Shown: piece after piece, positions 52,560 to 64,000 of the stretch
How positions within the stretch are numbered: position 1 is the first letter of the stretch
Layout of the letters: each line of letters opens with the position of its first letter
Assembly (NCBI GenBank): GCA_951406725.2
Contig: OX597817.1
Location: 114,328,001-114,392,000, forward strand
Length of the DNA stretch: 64,000 nucleotides
Reading direction: 5' to 3'
From: Octopus vulgaris
Lineage: Eukaryota
Notes under the pieces: generated by a model
The model's database searches: none
Told to the model about the DNA's origin: nothing
What the model saw: the letters and a program-made list of their open reading frames with translations, nothing else
Program-made: the position numbers and the translations under genes

Positions 52560-53975
52560 TTTTACTCTTTTACGTGTTTCAGTCATTTGACTGTGGCCAT
52601 GCTGGAGCACCGTCTTTAGTCGAGCAAATTGACCCCACGCTTCTTTGTAAGCCTAGTACTTATTCTATTGGTTTCTTTTGCTGAACCGCTAAGTTACAGG
52701 GACGTAACCACATTAGCATTGGTTATCAAGCAATGTTGGGGGGGGGGACAAACACAAATACACAAACATATACACACACACACATACATACACACACACA
52801 CACATACACACACATACATATACACACATATATATACATACATTTATACAACGGGCTTTAGTCGGCCCGAGGCTATAGTAGAAGACACTTGCCCAAGGTG
52901 CCCATGTTGTTGGTAAGCAAGCTACTTACCATACAGCCACTCCTATGCCTATGTCTGTTCATCTATTTGTGTGTGTACGTGTGTGTGTTCTGTTTGACAT
53001 TTTGTCCATAAGGTAAAATTTTTGTCTGTATCTATCCAAGGAAATTTCATAAATCAATCTCTAATAGTTTTTGGTTTTTGACTGTCTTCTCTCTCTTTCC
53101 ATTTCATTTTCATAGTCCCCTCATTTCTTGATTTATATTCAAGCTATATCATCCTGCAAATCAATTAAAAATTAGTGTACAATATTTTAAAAAATATTTT
53201 ACATTTAGTTTTCCATGCTTCCATGTGAGCGTGATGGCTACTTTGTTAGAACAATTAATTTTACAGCCAGCTTGTTCTTCTTTTGCTAATGAATCACTAA
53301 CGGACTGTGAAGTGGATTGATTATACAAGCTTAACGAGCAAGTCTCTATGTGGTCTCTCAGCCTACTGCAACTAGAAGTCACATGCCCCTCAAATTATCC
53401 CCTGCTGACTCAAAAATGTTCACATTCAACAGAGTTAGCAGCATTACACTAGGCTTGGTAAAGATGAGGTTGATTATGGCTTGAAAGCCTTCAGCAATAA
53501 CAACTGCAAAGTAAGCAGTGGACCTTGTTTGTGTCAGCTTGACAAAATCTAGAAAGAAAGTTCTCAGTGCAGTTATCTTCATTTTTTAATCTTCTTGTTT
53601 CAGTCGTTAGACTGTGGCCATGCTGGTGCACTGCTTTGAAGAATTTTATTTGAATGAATTAATCTCATTTTTTTTTGTAAAGCCTGGTACTTATTCTATC
53701 AGTCTCTTTTTGCTGAACTGCTAACTTACAGGTATGGAAAAAAACACCAACACCATTTTTTAAGCAGTGGAAGGGAACAAACACAAACAGAAAGAAAGAG
53801 TGAGAGAGACACACACACATGGCAAGCTTCTTTCAGTATCTGTCTACCAAGTCCTCTCACAAGGCTTTGGTTAGCCTGAGGTTACAGTAGAAGACACTTG
53901 CCTTAGGTGCCATACAATGGGACTGAACCCAGAACCATGTGGTTAGGAAGTAAACTTCCTACCACACAGCTATGC
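52560..53975 (-). mobile_element. Two SINE family A copies (52560-52950 and 53590-53975)
   Basis: Reverse-complement match to 44258-44660. Confidence 0.85.
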
Positions 53976-54829
53976 CGGGCTGTTGGAGTAAGCAGTTTCC
54001 TTTGTAATTCCATGATTCTAAATTCAATCCCATCCCACTATGTGCTATTTTGATAAAGTGTTTTCTGTTATAATTTTAGGTTGACTTGAGCTTTGTAAGA
54101 GAAACTGGGTTGTTGGAATCTGTGCACAAGACTTTCAGATTGGCTATACATATCTATGGGAAGCCAACTTTGGTTGTTGCTTAATCCTTTAGCAATTAAA
54201 CTCTATAATTTAGTAGTTCATCCAAAGAGACCAATAAGATAAGTACCAGATTTGAAAAAAAAAAAAATTCCGGTGTCCATTTGTTCAACTAAAAACTCTT
54301 GAAACTGGTGCCCCAGCATGGGCACAATCTATTTACTGAAACAGGTAAAAGACAAGAGACAAAGGTAAAAAATATTAAAAGAATGACTGACAGAGTTGAT
54401 CTTAGTGGGATTTGAACTCAGAGCACAGAGAGGTGGAACAATACTGTAAGGTATTAACGTCAAACACTCTAATGACTGCACCACCACTTTGTTTTGGCAC
54501 TACACTTCAATTTCTATAGGTAAGAGATCATATGAACCTCTTTTCTGCACCAGATTGGTTTGCTACCCAGTTCGGGACTAATGATAGGCTTTTATAGATT
54601 AGAACTCATCACAACAGACTAATTACTCATCTAATAAATATGTTGAGTTTTTGGTGATGTGGTGCAATATCTGGGGACCTTCATATGTCCTGTGAGACCA
54701 TGAATCTTCCCTTGGATCTTCATGGAACTTCTCTCTAAAGCACAGACTTGTAAAGTGCTTTAATTTTATAGGAGACCAGTACTCACCCATCTTTGCAAAT
54801 TTTACACTTCTGTTGCCACTGGTGTTTAA

Positions 54830-55048
54830 CTTTTTAGCATTTAAACTGGTCATATCCAGCCCAGATATGCTCCCTGTTTTATGTTCAAACTAGCCAGATT
54901 CAACCTATCACACAGACCTTCAATGCCATTCTAAAGATATACAATCACATAATCAAAATTTCAAAGCTACAAAATAATGCATGATTAATTAAAAACAATC
55001 TGAATGAAAAATCATTACATTTGACAGAGAAATAGGGATGGTAAAGGG
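54830..55048. mobile_element. piggyBac-like MITE
   Basis: TTAA at 54826-54829 and 55049-55052. Confidence 0.85.
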
Positions 55049-56129
55049 TTAAAGAAAAGGCGAGGGCCCATACAGCTTGGAGCTAGTGGCACTACAAATC
55101 TTACCATTAGATTACAGACTGATTTTCTAACAATTCTGTCAATTTATCTCTACCCAGATTTCATACTTTAGTTTTCGACCCAAAAGAGGAGGAAAGGCAA
55201 AAGTTGGCTTTGGCAGGATTTGAACTTAGAACTCAGAAATACAAAACATGTACTATTGTAAGGCATTTTATCTGGTTCTCAAACAATTCTGCCTATTTAC
55301 TGCCATAATTGCATGCATGCATGCATACATACATATATACATGCATACATGCATACATACATACATACATACATACATACATACACACACACATACATAC
55401 ACACACATACACACACACATATACATACATACATACACACACATACATACATTCTATTGTATAGTTGGTGTCAGGAAAGGCATCCATCTGTAGAAACCAT
55501 GCCAAAGCAGATATAGAATCTGGTGCAGCTCTCTGGCTCATCTGTATTTGTCAAAGCATCTAACCCATACCTGCACAGAAAAGTGGATATTAAATAGTGG
55601 TGGTGGTGATGGTGATTATGTTGATGATGATGACAATGTTGTGTGTGCGTGTGTGTGTGTGTGTGTAAATAAAGAACTAAATGGTTTACAGTATTTAGTC
55701 CTGAGTTCAAACAGTGCTGGGAGCCACTTTGCCTTTCCATCTCACCATGGACCTTATCAACTAACTAAACCCCCTTCATTGAATGGCAATGAATGAAATA
55801 AATTATATTCTGTCCTTGCTGTCTAAGTGATGAAATTTACCCCTATTTACATTGACTCTGTTTACACATAGACTGACTGAGCTAGTAACAGTTAAATGTT
55901 TCTGTCTGAGACACATCACATTACTGTTGGTCAGATGCAAAAAAATGTATGAATTCCTTGGTTGACACTGATTTAACCAGCTGCTACAACTTGAAATCAC
56001 ACGCACACATGCACGCACACATACATACACACATATACATTATATACATCCATCTATCCACACATGTATGTATGTATGTTTGCAAGAATGTATGTATATA
56101 ATGTATATGTGTATGTGTATATATATATA

Positions 56130-56174
<45 letters not shown>

Positions 56175-56529
56175 ATATATATGTATATATGTATATATAT
56201 GTATATGTATATATATGTATATATATATATGTGTGTATATATATGTATATATATATATGTATATATATGTATATATATATATGTGTGTGTATATATATGT
56301 GTGTGTATATATATATATGTATATATATGTATATATATGTGTATATATATATATATATGTATATATGTCGTGTTGTTTTAGATTTAGTGACAAACAGAAG
56401 AGAGGGGAGAACTGGTAAGAATTCATTAATCCTAAGAGAAGACATTTTCTAATATACTTTACATCTTGTTTTTATATTTTGTGTGTGTGTGTTTTATTTT
56501 CTCTTCTCTTGTTTGTCTTGATTGTTTAG

Positions 56530-56544
56530 TTCTGTTTTACCTAT
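56530..56544 (+). CDS. Candidate 15-nt microexon, or last exon if unspliced (phase 2: xSVLPM*)
   Basis: Long T/C tract then gtttAG-TTCTGTTTTACCTAT-GTAAGA; AATAAA at 56603. Confidence 0.35.
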
Positions 56545-57277
56545 GTAAGATTTGAAAATATTTGATGGAAAAAAAAAGCAAAAAACTACAGACAACTTTT
56601 TCAATAAATATCCTATATAGACTGAAGTCATCGTCTCCATTCTGTCCCTCTGGACAACATGAAACCTGAGGTTTTGACCAATGTATTTCGTAAACTGAAT
56701 ATAAAGATTCTTTTTTCTTATTTTTAGTGGTAGGGGATTATTTTTGTAGATGTAAGGTAAACTATTTTCTTTTGAATATCATTCTTTTTCCTCTTTTATT
56801 TTTGTCTTTCTTTCACTCTTTTCTCACTCTCTCTCTCCCTGTTTGCTTGTTTAAGATGTTTTAAAGTTCTTAGAGGAAATAGAATATTAAAGATGATATC
56901 CAAATCACGTTCTGTAATCTTGCACAAAAAAAGATGGCTTAGTTATCATACAAGTTATCCTCTTGATAGGATTTCTAAAATAGTTTTCAAATGAGGTTTT
57001 GTTGCGTTTTATTATTTTTTTTTGGTTGCTGCTGCTGTTGTTGTTATTGTTGTTAATGTGGTGAGCTGGAAGAATTGTTAGCACATTTGAAAAAAATGTT
57101 AAGCTGCATTATTTCTGACCCTCTACATCCTGAGTTCAAATTCCACTGAGTTTGACTTTGCCTTTCATCCTTTCAGGGTTTACAAATTAAGTAACAGCAA
57201 AATGCTGGAGGGGGGGGGGCAATATAATCGATCCCCCTCCCGCCAAATTTCAGGCCTTGTATCTTTAGTAGAAAGTA

Positions 57278-57323
<46 letters not shown>

Positions 57324-57794
57324 GTATTTTCCTTCTTTCTTCAAATTTTCTTCCGTTTCTCGCCGAGTGTTTTCCATACACCTAGGGCAGAGAAGGGCAT
57401 TGTATGCATTCCCAGATTACACGCGCAAATTCACAGATAAAATATGTATTTAAAAATTAATAAATAAATAAATTCACCGATGGATGATATTTTCACAGCG
57501 ATAGTGCTCTTCTCAGTACATGAGCCGTTCCAGTTAATATGATTTTTTGCACTTCCTGTAGGGATGGTAAGCCTGGAATCATTTTCAAATAGGTTTCAGT
57601 ACCTTTTTTTATCATTCCTAGAGATCCTACAATCACTGGTACTGTAGTCGCCTTGAGATGCCACATTTCTATTAGCAGGTTTTTATATTTACTAATCTTG
57701 TCAAATTCTTTCGCCGCTATATTGTGATCACAGGGAATACCCATGTCAATTGATAAACACATCCTTTTTGTCTGATCTTTTATAATAATATCCG

Positions 57795-57797
<3 letters not shown>
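57324..57797 (-). mobile_element. 5'-truncated R4/Dong-clade retrotransposon (RLE domain plus 3' UTR) inserted in (TAA)n
   Basis: PDIIIKDQTKRMCLSIDMGIPCDHNIAAKEFDKISKY...VPVIVGSLG...QKIILTGTAHVLRRALS* carries the PD..D..KY restriction-like endonuclease motif; (TAT)n on both flanks. Confidence 0.92.
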
Positions 57798-57848
<51 letters not shown>

Positions 57849-58169
57849 ATTATTATTATTGCCTTTGCACTGCTTCTAATGCTGGAGATGTACTACAGAA
57901 ATATTTTGAGAGGAGGCTAGTCAAGTACATCAACCTCAGTACTTAACTGGTACTTATTTTATTGATCTCAAAGGGATGAAAAGTAAAGCTGACCTCAGCA
58001 GGATTTGAACTCACAATGTAAAGAGTCAGAAATGCTGCTTAGCATTTTGTGTAACGTGCTACTGATTCTACTTGTCACCCCCTTAATAATAATAGTAATA
58101 ATAATAATATTGCAGAAAGAGGACTTATTAAGGGTATAGTAAAAGATTTGTAGATAATATCCAAACATG

Positions 58170-58740
58170 GCACAGGTGTGGCTGTGTGGCAAGAAGCTTG
58201 CCTCCCTACTGCATGGTTTCAGGTTCAGCCCCACTGTATGGCACCTTGGGCAAGTGTCTTCTACTTTAGCCTCAGGCTATCCAAGGCCTTTTGGTGGATT
58301 TGGTAGACGGAAACTGAAAAAAACCCATTGTTTATACATATATATATATATACAGCTGAAATTGCTAAGATGATCCGGTTCCTGACTGAAGATTAGAGGT
58401 TTCGAATGACCTGTCTGTTTTTTTGTGTCGTCTCTTTGTGTAGTTTGCGTTCTTGTCGTCCCCTTTTGTACATTTTATATATAAGTTTTATACATATATA
58501 TATATATACCTGTGTGTGTAATTTTGTGTTTGTGTTTGTCCCTCCATCACTGCTTGACAACTGATGTTAGTATGTTTATGTCCCCATAACTTAGCAGTTT
58601 GGCAAAAGAGACCAATAGAATAAGTACTAGGTTTGAAAAAAAAAAAGGTCCTGCAGTTAATTTGTTTGACTAAAACCTTTCAAGGCAGTGCTGTAGTATG
58701 GCCACAGTCAAATGACTAAAACATGTAAAAGAATAAAAGA
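58170..58740 (+). mobile_element. SINE family A with a Penelope-like fragment (about 58352-58478) inserted in its internal (TA)n
   Basis: Head and tail are collinear with 44258-44660; the insert has CTGAAGA..CGAA and a T-rich tail. Confidence 0.75.
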
Positions 58741-59188
58741 ATGTATTGGCCTCTACTTTTTAAGAAGATGATTTAATATTTCCCATTCTCACCCATTACT
58801 GCTTATTTATAATAAAAAAAAAACTTGTGTGTGAAATTTTCTATAGGCTTAAATTTTGATTCGTTTAGCTTATTTTCTGCTGTTGAATTTCAAGTTTGCT
58901 GTTCCTGTATATTTTTGATAATATATTATTCAATCAAAGTTTGTTGAAGTTATTATTCAATTTTCACTTTTGTGATGGTATCCTAGTGTCTGATGTTTAT
59001 CTGTAGTCTGGTGATCTTGTTTTGGAGGAGAATTATTGCTGCTGGTAATGTGGATGTTGTTGTTGACTAATCTGTCTCTGCTTTGGTTTAGTAGTTCTGT
59101 TATATACACATAATTCACTAAAATCTTCTTTTCCTCAGCATTTTTGATAGGGCTTTTAAAAATCTTTATTGTAATGTTTGTTATGATA

Positions 59189-60195
59189 TTGGCTTCACAT
59201 TTTGACACAAGGCCAGCCGCCTCAGGTAAGTGGGTAAGTCAATTACATTGACTCCAGTACCCAACTGGTACTTATTTTATTGACCCTGAAAGGATGGAGG
59301 ACAAAGTTGACCTTGGCAGAATTTGAATCAGAATGTAGTGACAGACGAAATGCCACTAAGTATTTTGCCAAGCCTGCTAATGATTCTTATTTCTTTACTG
59401 CCCACAAGGGGCTACACACAGAGGGGACAAACAAGGACAGACAAAGGGATTAAGTCAATTATATCGATCTCAGTGCGTAACTGGTACTTATTTAATTGAC
59501 CCCGAATGGATGAAAGGCAAAGTTGACCATGGCAGAATTTGAACTCAGAATGTAGCGGTAGACGAAATACCTCTAAGTATTTCACCCGGTGTGCTAACGA
59601 TTCTACCAGTTTGCCACTTTAAGGCATGTTATAAACTTGGATTCAAATTTTGGCACAAGGGCAGCAAGTCCAGAGGTGGGAGTAAGTCAGTTACGTCAAC
59701 CTCAGTGCTCATCTGGCACTTATTTTATCGACCTGAAAGGACAAAAAGGTAAAATCAACCTTGGCAGAATTTGAACTGAGAACATAAAGGCAGATGAAAT
59801 GCCGGTAAGCATTTTGCCTGATGTTGTAACAATTCTGTCAGCTTGCAGTCTTAAGGCATGTCGTAATATTGATGACTGAAGCATATATTTACAATTTAAA
59901 GAGGCGGCGGGGGTGTGTGTGTGTGTGTGTGTGTGTAATAACATAGAAATATCTACCATAGCCTCTCTTTTTTTTTTCTTTTTTCTATTACAGGCACAAG
60001 GCCTGAAATTTGGGGGAGGGAGATAGTTAATTACATCGACCCCATTACTCAACTGGTACTTAATTTATCAACCCTGAAAGAATGAAAGGCAAAGTCGACC
60101 TTGGTGGAATTTGAACCCATAACATAGTGACGGGTGAAATACTATTAAGCATTTCATCCTGCATGCTAATGTTTCTGCCAGCTCGCTGCCTTTAC
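59189..60195 (-). mobile_element. Cluster of four co-oriented SINE family B copies
   Basis: Core AAAGT.GACC.TGGCAGAATTTGAA recurs at about 59303, 59520, 59750 and 60090. Confidence 0.9.
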
Positions 60196-60322
60196 CATGG
60201 CCTCTCTTGATACTCTTACATCTTTATTTTTCCCCATCATACTCATACTTGCTTTTTTTTTTCTCATCCTTTCACAGTATTTTCCCCTCTATTATCACTC
60301 TCTTTTCTATTCACTCTCTCAG

Positions 60323-60417
60323 TCAAACTTGTCTTGGATGAAGAAAACATTGAACAGAGTTGGCTATTTAGTGCCACATTGGATAAAGCAATTTCTCTGA
60401 TACTAGAGAAGCCATAA
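60323..60417 (+). CDS. Candidate last exon (phase 1 xKLVLDEENIEQSWLFSATLDKAISLILEKP*; phase 2 xQTCLG*)
   Basis: About 120-nt pyrimidine-rich tract then ctctcAG; followed by about 2 kb with no recognisable SINE and several AATAAA. Confidence 0.4.
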
Positions 60418-62434
60418 TGAAATTCATGTGACACGCTGTGTAAAATGTTTGGTGAATGAACAGAGAATATGTTGAAGTGAAAGAACCCCCCCACCTTCCC
60501 TGCACTAACCATTACACCTAATCCTTCTTCACCATAACAGCAGTTCTCTGGAATCTCCTCCTCGGTTATGTCTTTACTGCAGGCATTTACCTGCAACAAC
60601 TTAAATAGAACACTAAGGCATTAGTCTCACAAGTCTTGAAGGGCCTGCAAGAGCTCCAGCCCAACTAGGAGAGTAGTAACTCTAAATAAGGACTGACATG
60701 TATCATGGTGATGCACCCAGTCTGTGTCAACATGAGTTCTTGCATTTATCTGAGCTTTAACATTACTTTGACTATTCTCTCTTTGGCTCTTGGAAAATGG
60801 TACTTGATTCACTGAGTGCATCATGTTTATTTTGGATCAATCTTTACTACATGTTGTATCCTACTTAAGTAATGCATAACTTCACAATAGTAGTTAAATA
60901 GCAATTTTGTGATTGATAAATTAACAGCTTTAATTTCAATATTACATAAAGGGAAGACAATATTTAGCTACTTGGTCAACAAAACATTAATTTTTAATGA
61001 AGTAGGTGCCGGTGGTTTATTGGAAAAACTACTTAGTTCAACATTAAATTCACTGAGTCAAGAGGGCAAAATATTCACTGACTAAAGAAGACAAAAAACA
61101 ACAAAAAAACATAGCTATGAGTACTGAATCTCTTAACCATGGATGGGAAACATGAGACAGTAAACTCTTTGAGGACCTTAAGTACAGCCTTCTATAAAAG
61201 TCTAGGTTTTGCATTAAAAAATACATTTTTGTTGATGACTTAGTATTATATCTATTCCAATGTTCTTAAACTGTCTCAGAAACATCTATAGAAATAAATA
61301 TACATTTTTCTTTCTTTTTTTTTAATATTTATACTTACATTTTCACAATAAATATAATTTCATTTTTTTTCATATATTTAATAAAATCTTCTTTAATGCA
61401 GCCTTATTAGATTGCACTTAATTTAATTTGGCCTTCAAATACAAAAAGGCTCCCCCACCCCCAGCTCCAGACTTTTGAACAAGTGATAAGAAAAAAAAAT
61501 GAATAAATTAGTATGTATTATTTACCATTTTTTTCATAAGAAATTTCTCTGGTTATTGGCTACTTTGAGTTACAAAAGCCAATCAATGGAATCTTGCTTT
61601 ATTGTGTAATAAGATTTGTACATAGAAAATAAAACATATGAAATATTTTTGTTTCCAATAAATATATCATTTTCTATTGTAAATTTGAAATTTTTGTATA
61701 AAATTTCATTCTCTTTTCTATAGTTTTATTTTCTTTTAATGCATTCTTATTTCCTTTCATTATTATTCTAGAAATTATTTTATTGTTTTTTGGCACTGTA
61801 AATTTGAAATATTTATTTGTATATCAAAACTGACTTTATGTGTCAGTAATGCAATATACCATTTATAGCTGTTGTGTAGATGTTTTGTCTTCTCGTTTCA
61901 GTTTTATCATAGTTTGAAGGAGACATTTTAAAGAGAGCTGGAGTTAGTTGGTCAATTTAAATAATATACAAAAACATAGTTGTTGAAATATGTTTTGAAT
62001 ATCTGGCTTATATCAAATTGATCTCTTTTCTTATTGTTCTTGTTTATAGATATATTTCATGAGTGAATGTCATTGAATATTCTTTATGATGGTCATAGCA
62101 CTAAATTAAACTTGGTAGAGAGCCATAGTACCAATTATACACACATACACACACACACACACACACTTATTTTATAAACTAATCAACAAACAACCTTTTT
62201 TTTTATCACTACTGGTACTAAAACAATAATTGTTTCATTATATTTTTATATTCTTTAAAATATTTAAGAGCTATAAAATAAGTACTCTTTGTTGTTAAAA
62301 TGTTACAAGAACATGAGAGGAAAATCCCATAAAGACATGATTTTTTAATGGCAAGAGCAAAGTCTGCTGTAGTGTTCTGAATCATTTATATATATTATGA
62401 ACATTCTTGAAAAATTCCTGCAAGCTACTCCTCC

Positions 62435-62786
62435 TTTACTCTTTTACTTGTTTCAGTCATGTGACTGTGGCCATGCTGGCGCACCGCCTTTAGTTGAGCA
62501 AATAGACCCCAGGACTAATTCTTTGTAAGCCTAGTACTTATTCTATCAGTCACTTTTGCCAAACCACTAAGTTACGGGGATGTAAACACACCAGTATCGG
62601 TTGTCAAGCGATGTTGGGGAGACAAACACAGACACAGTTTCTGTCTACCAAATCCACTGACAAGGCTCTGGCCGGCCTGAGGCTATAGTAGAAGACACTT
62701 GCCCTAGGTGCCACACAGTAGGACTGAACCCGGAACCATGTGGTTCGTAAGCAAGCTACTTACCACACAGCCACTCCTACACCTAT
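62435..62786 (-). mobile_element. SINE family A lacking the internal microsatellite
   Basis: Reverse complement of 44258-44660 with a central deletion. Confidence 0.9.
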
Positions 62787-63499
62787 AAATATTATTGTAT
62801 AACTGTGAATTTTATTCCCTTTCTTCACAACCGAAGTGCTGCTAATTCACATATCTGGGGAAGTATTGCTGCTCTAAGATCTAACATCCTTGGTTGCATC
62901 CATCTTAAAACCCTATAGCTGACTGCTTAAATCTCTTAATATCGACTCCCATAAGACCACCTATACTGTAAGTGATCAGGTTCAAATTAAAATCTTGCTA
63001 AAACTCTAATCTCTGTTGAACAACATCAGAATGATATAACAATATATATAACAGTGACAATTTTTACACTAAACTCTTAAAAAACTTTTGATTATTTTGA
63101 AAATTAATTGAAACAGTTAGGCATGTTACTAATTAGAAACTGAGGTTTGAAAGGGTTAAAGATTCAGTCACTGTAACTGCTGATAAGGCAAAATGGCAGA
63201 GTCATTAGAGTGATGAGTAGAATGCTTTGCATTTGTTTTGCTTCTTTGCATTATGAGTTCAAATTCTGCTGATGTCTTTTGGAGGTTGATAAAGCATCAG
63301 CCTAGTACTGAGGTTGACACTTCTGTCTGTCTGTCTGCCTGTCTGTCTCTCTCTCCCCCCTCTCTCTCTCTCTCTTTGTTTCTGTCTGTCTGCCTATCTG
63401 TTTCTCTGTCTCTTTCTTTCTTTCTTTCTACTTTTTCCTTTTTCTCAATGAAATCAGCTGTGGCCAAATCTGAAAAGGGATGGGTTCTGACGGGTTTAA

Positions 63500-63579
63500 A
63501 TGCTCAAGACAAAGTTAGAACTGGCTGGAGAACACTGATCCATCGAGTAACCGAGAGTCGACTTCGACTGAGCGGATAG
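63500..63579 (+). mobile_element. BovB/RTE-type extreme 3' end
   Basis: RTGWRTLIHRVTESRLRLSG* resembles REAWRAAVHGVAKSRTRLSD*. Confidence 0.65.
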
Positions 63580-63832
63580 TTAAGTTAATGGTCGGTTTAA
63601 ATGCTAAAGAGTTAAGACCAGATCAGCTGATCCACTGAATCTAACCAATTCATTTTCAACTTATTACTGTTCTAACTGTAAATGATGGAAGATTCAAGCA
63701 GGTTCTGCTTTTTTGAACTAGCATTATGTTCATCACCTCTCCCCAGACACACTTGATATATCTGCTTCTCCTCCTTTCATCCTCTATTCTTTGTTTCATT
63801 CCCTTATACTTCACTAAAATCTTCTTTCATAG

Positions 63833-63895
63833 AACTACAGCTCTATACAGTTCCCACTTCATCCATATTGTTTCCAACTCATCCAATTTAGAAAG
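63833..63895 (+). CDS. Candidate 63-nt exon
   Basis: About 100-nt pyrimidine-rich tract, CACTAA, ttctttcatAG; donor AAG|GTATGT; length divisible by 3; phases 0 and 2 are open. Confidence 0.55.
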
Positions 63896-64000
63896 GTATG
63901 TACTTTCTATAGCCATTGTTGGTCTTCAACAAGAAAATGCATATTAAATAAAAAAGCAAGGAGAAAAATTTGAAATGTTGCTCATGTGTGAGAAACTAAT

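Noticed and set aside
60264-60599. Minus-strand 111-aa ORF with a ttgcAG acceptor near 60590
   Set aside because: No recognisable domain and no partner exons on the minus strand; it overlaps better-supported + strand signals. Not fully excluded.

Overview
AT-rich, microsatellite-saturated eukaryotic DNA whose repeat content (tRNA-headed SINEs, RTE and R4/Dong LINE relics, TTAA MITEs, a Helitron, Penelope-type ends) is what I associate with octopus genomes. The taxon is inferred from the repeats, not from a search. There is no complete gene, tRNA, rRNA or CRISPR array. Almost all of the supplied ORFs are translated (TA)n/(CA)n/(TACA)n/(CT)n repeats. The only ORFs with recognisable protein content are retrotransposon fragments. 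Between the repeats are short non-repetitive islands that begin at strong + strand splice acceptors. Several also have donors, and their phases chain together: 7542-7610, 13303-13452, 19728-19815, 26634-26801, 56530-56544, 63833-63895. About ten acceptors downstream of 19815 each open a few codons and a stop, often followed by an A-rich, repeat-poor, UTR-like stretch. My best hypothesis is a large + strand transcription unit with an array of alternative last exons that swap short C-terminal tails. Two frame-preserving exons each carry one early in-frame UGA. I could not identify the protein, and all exon calls are by eye and need RNA-seq.
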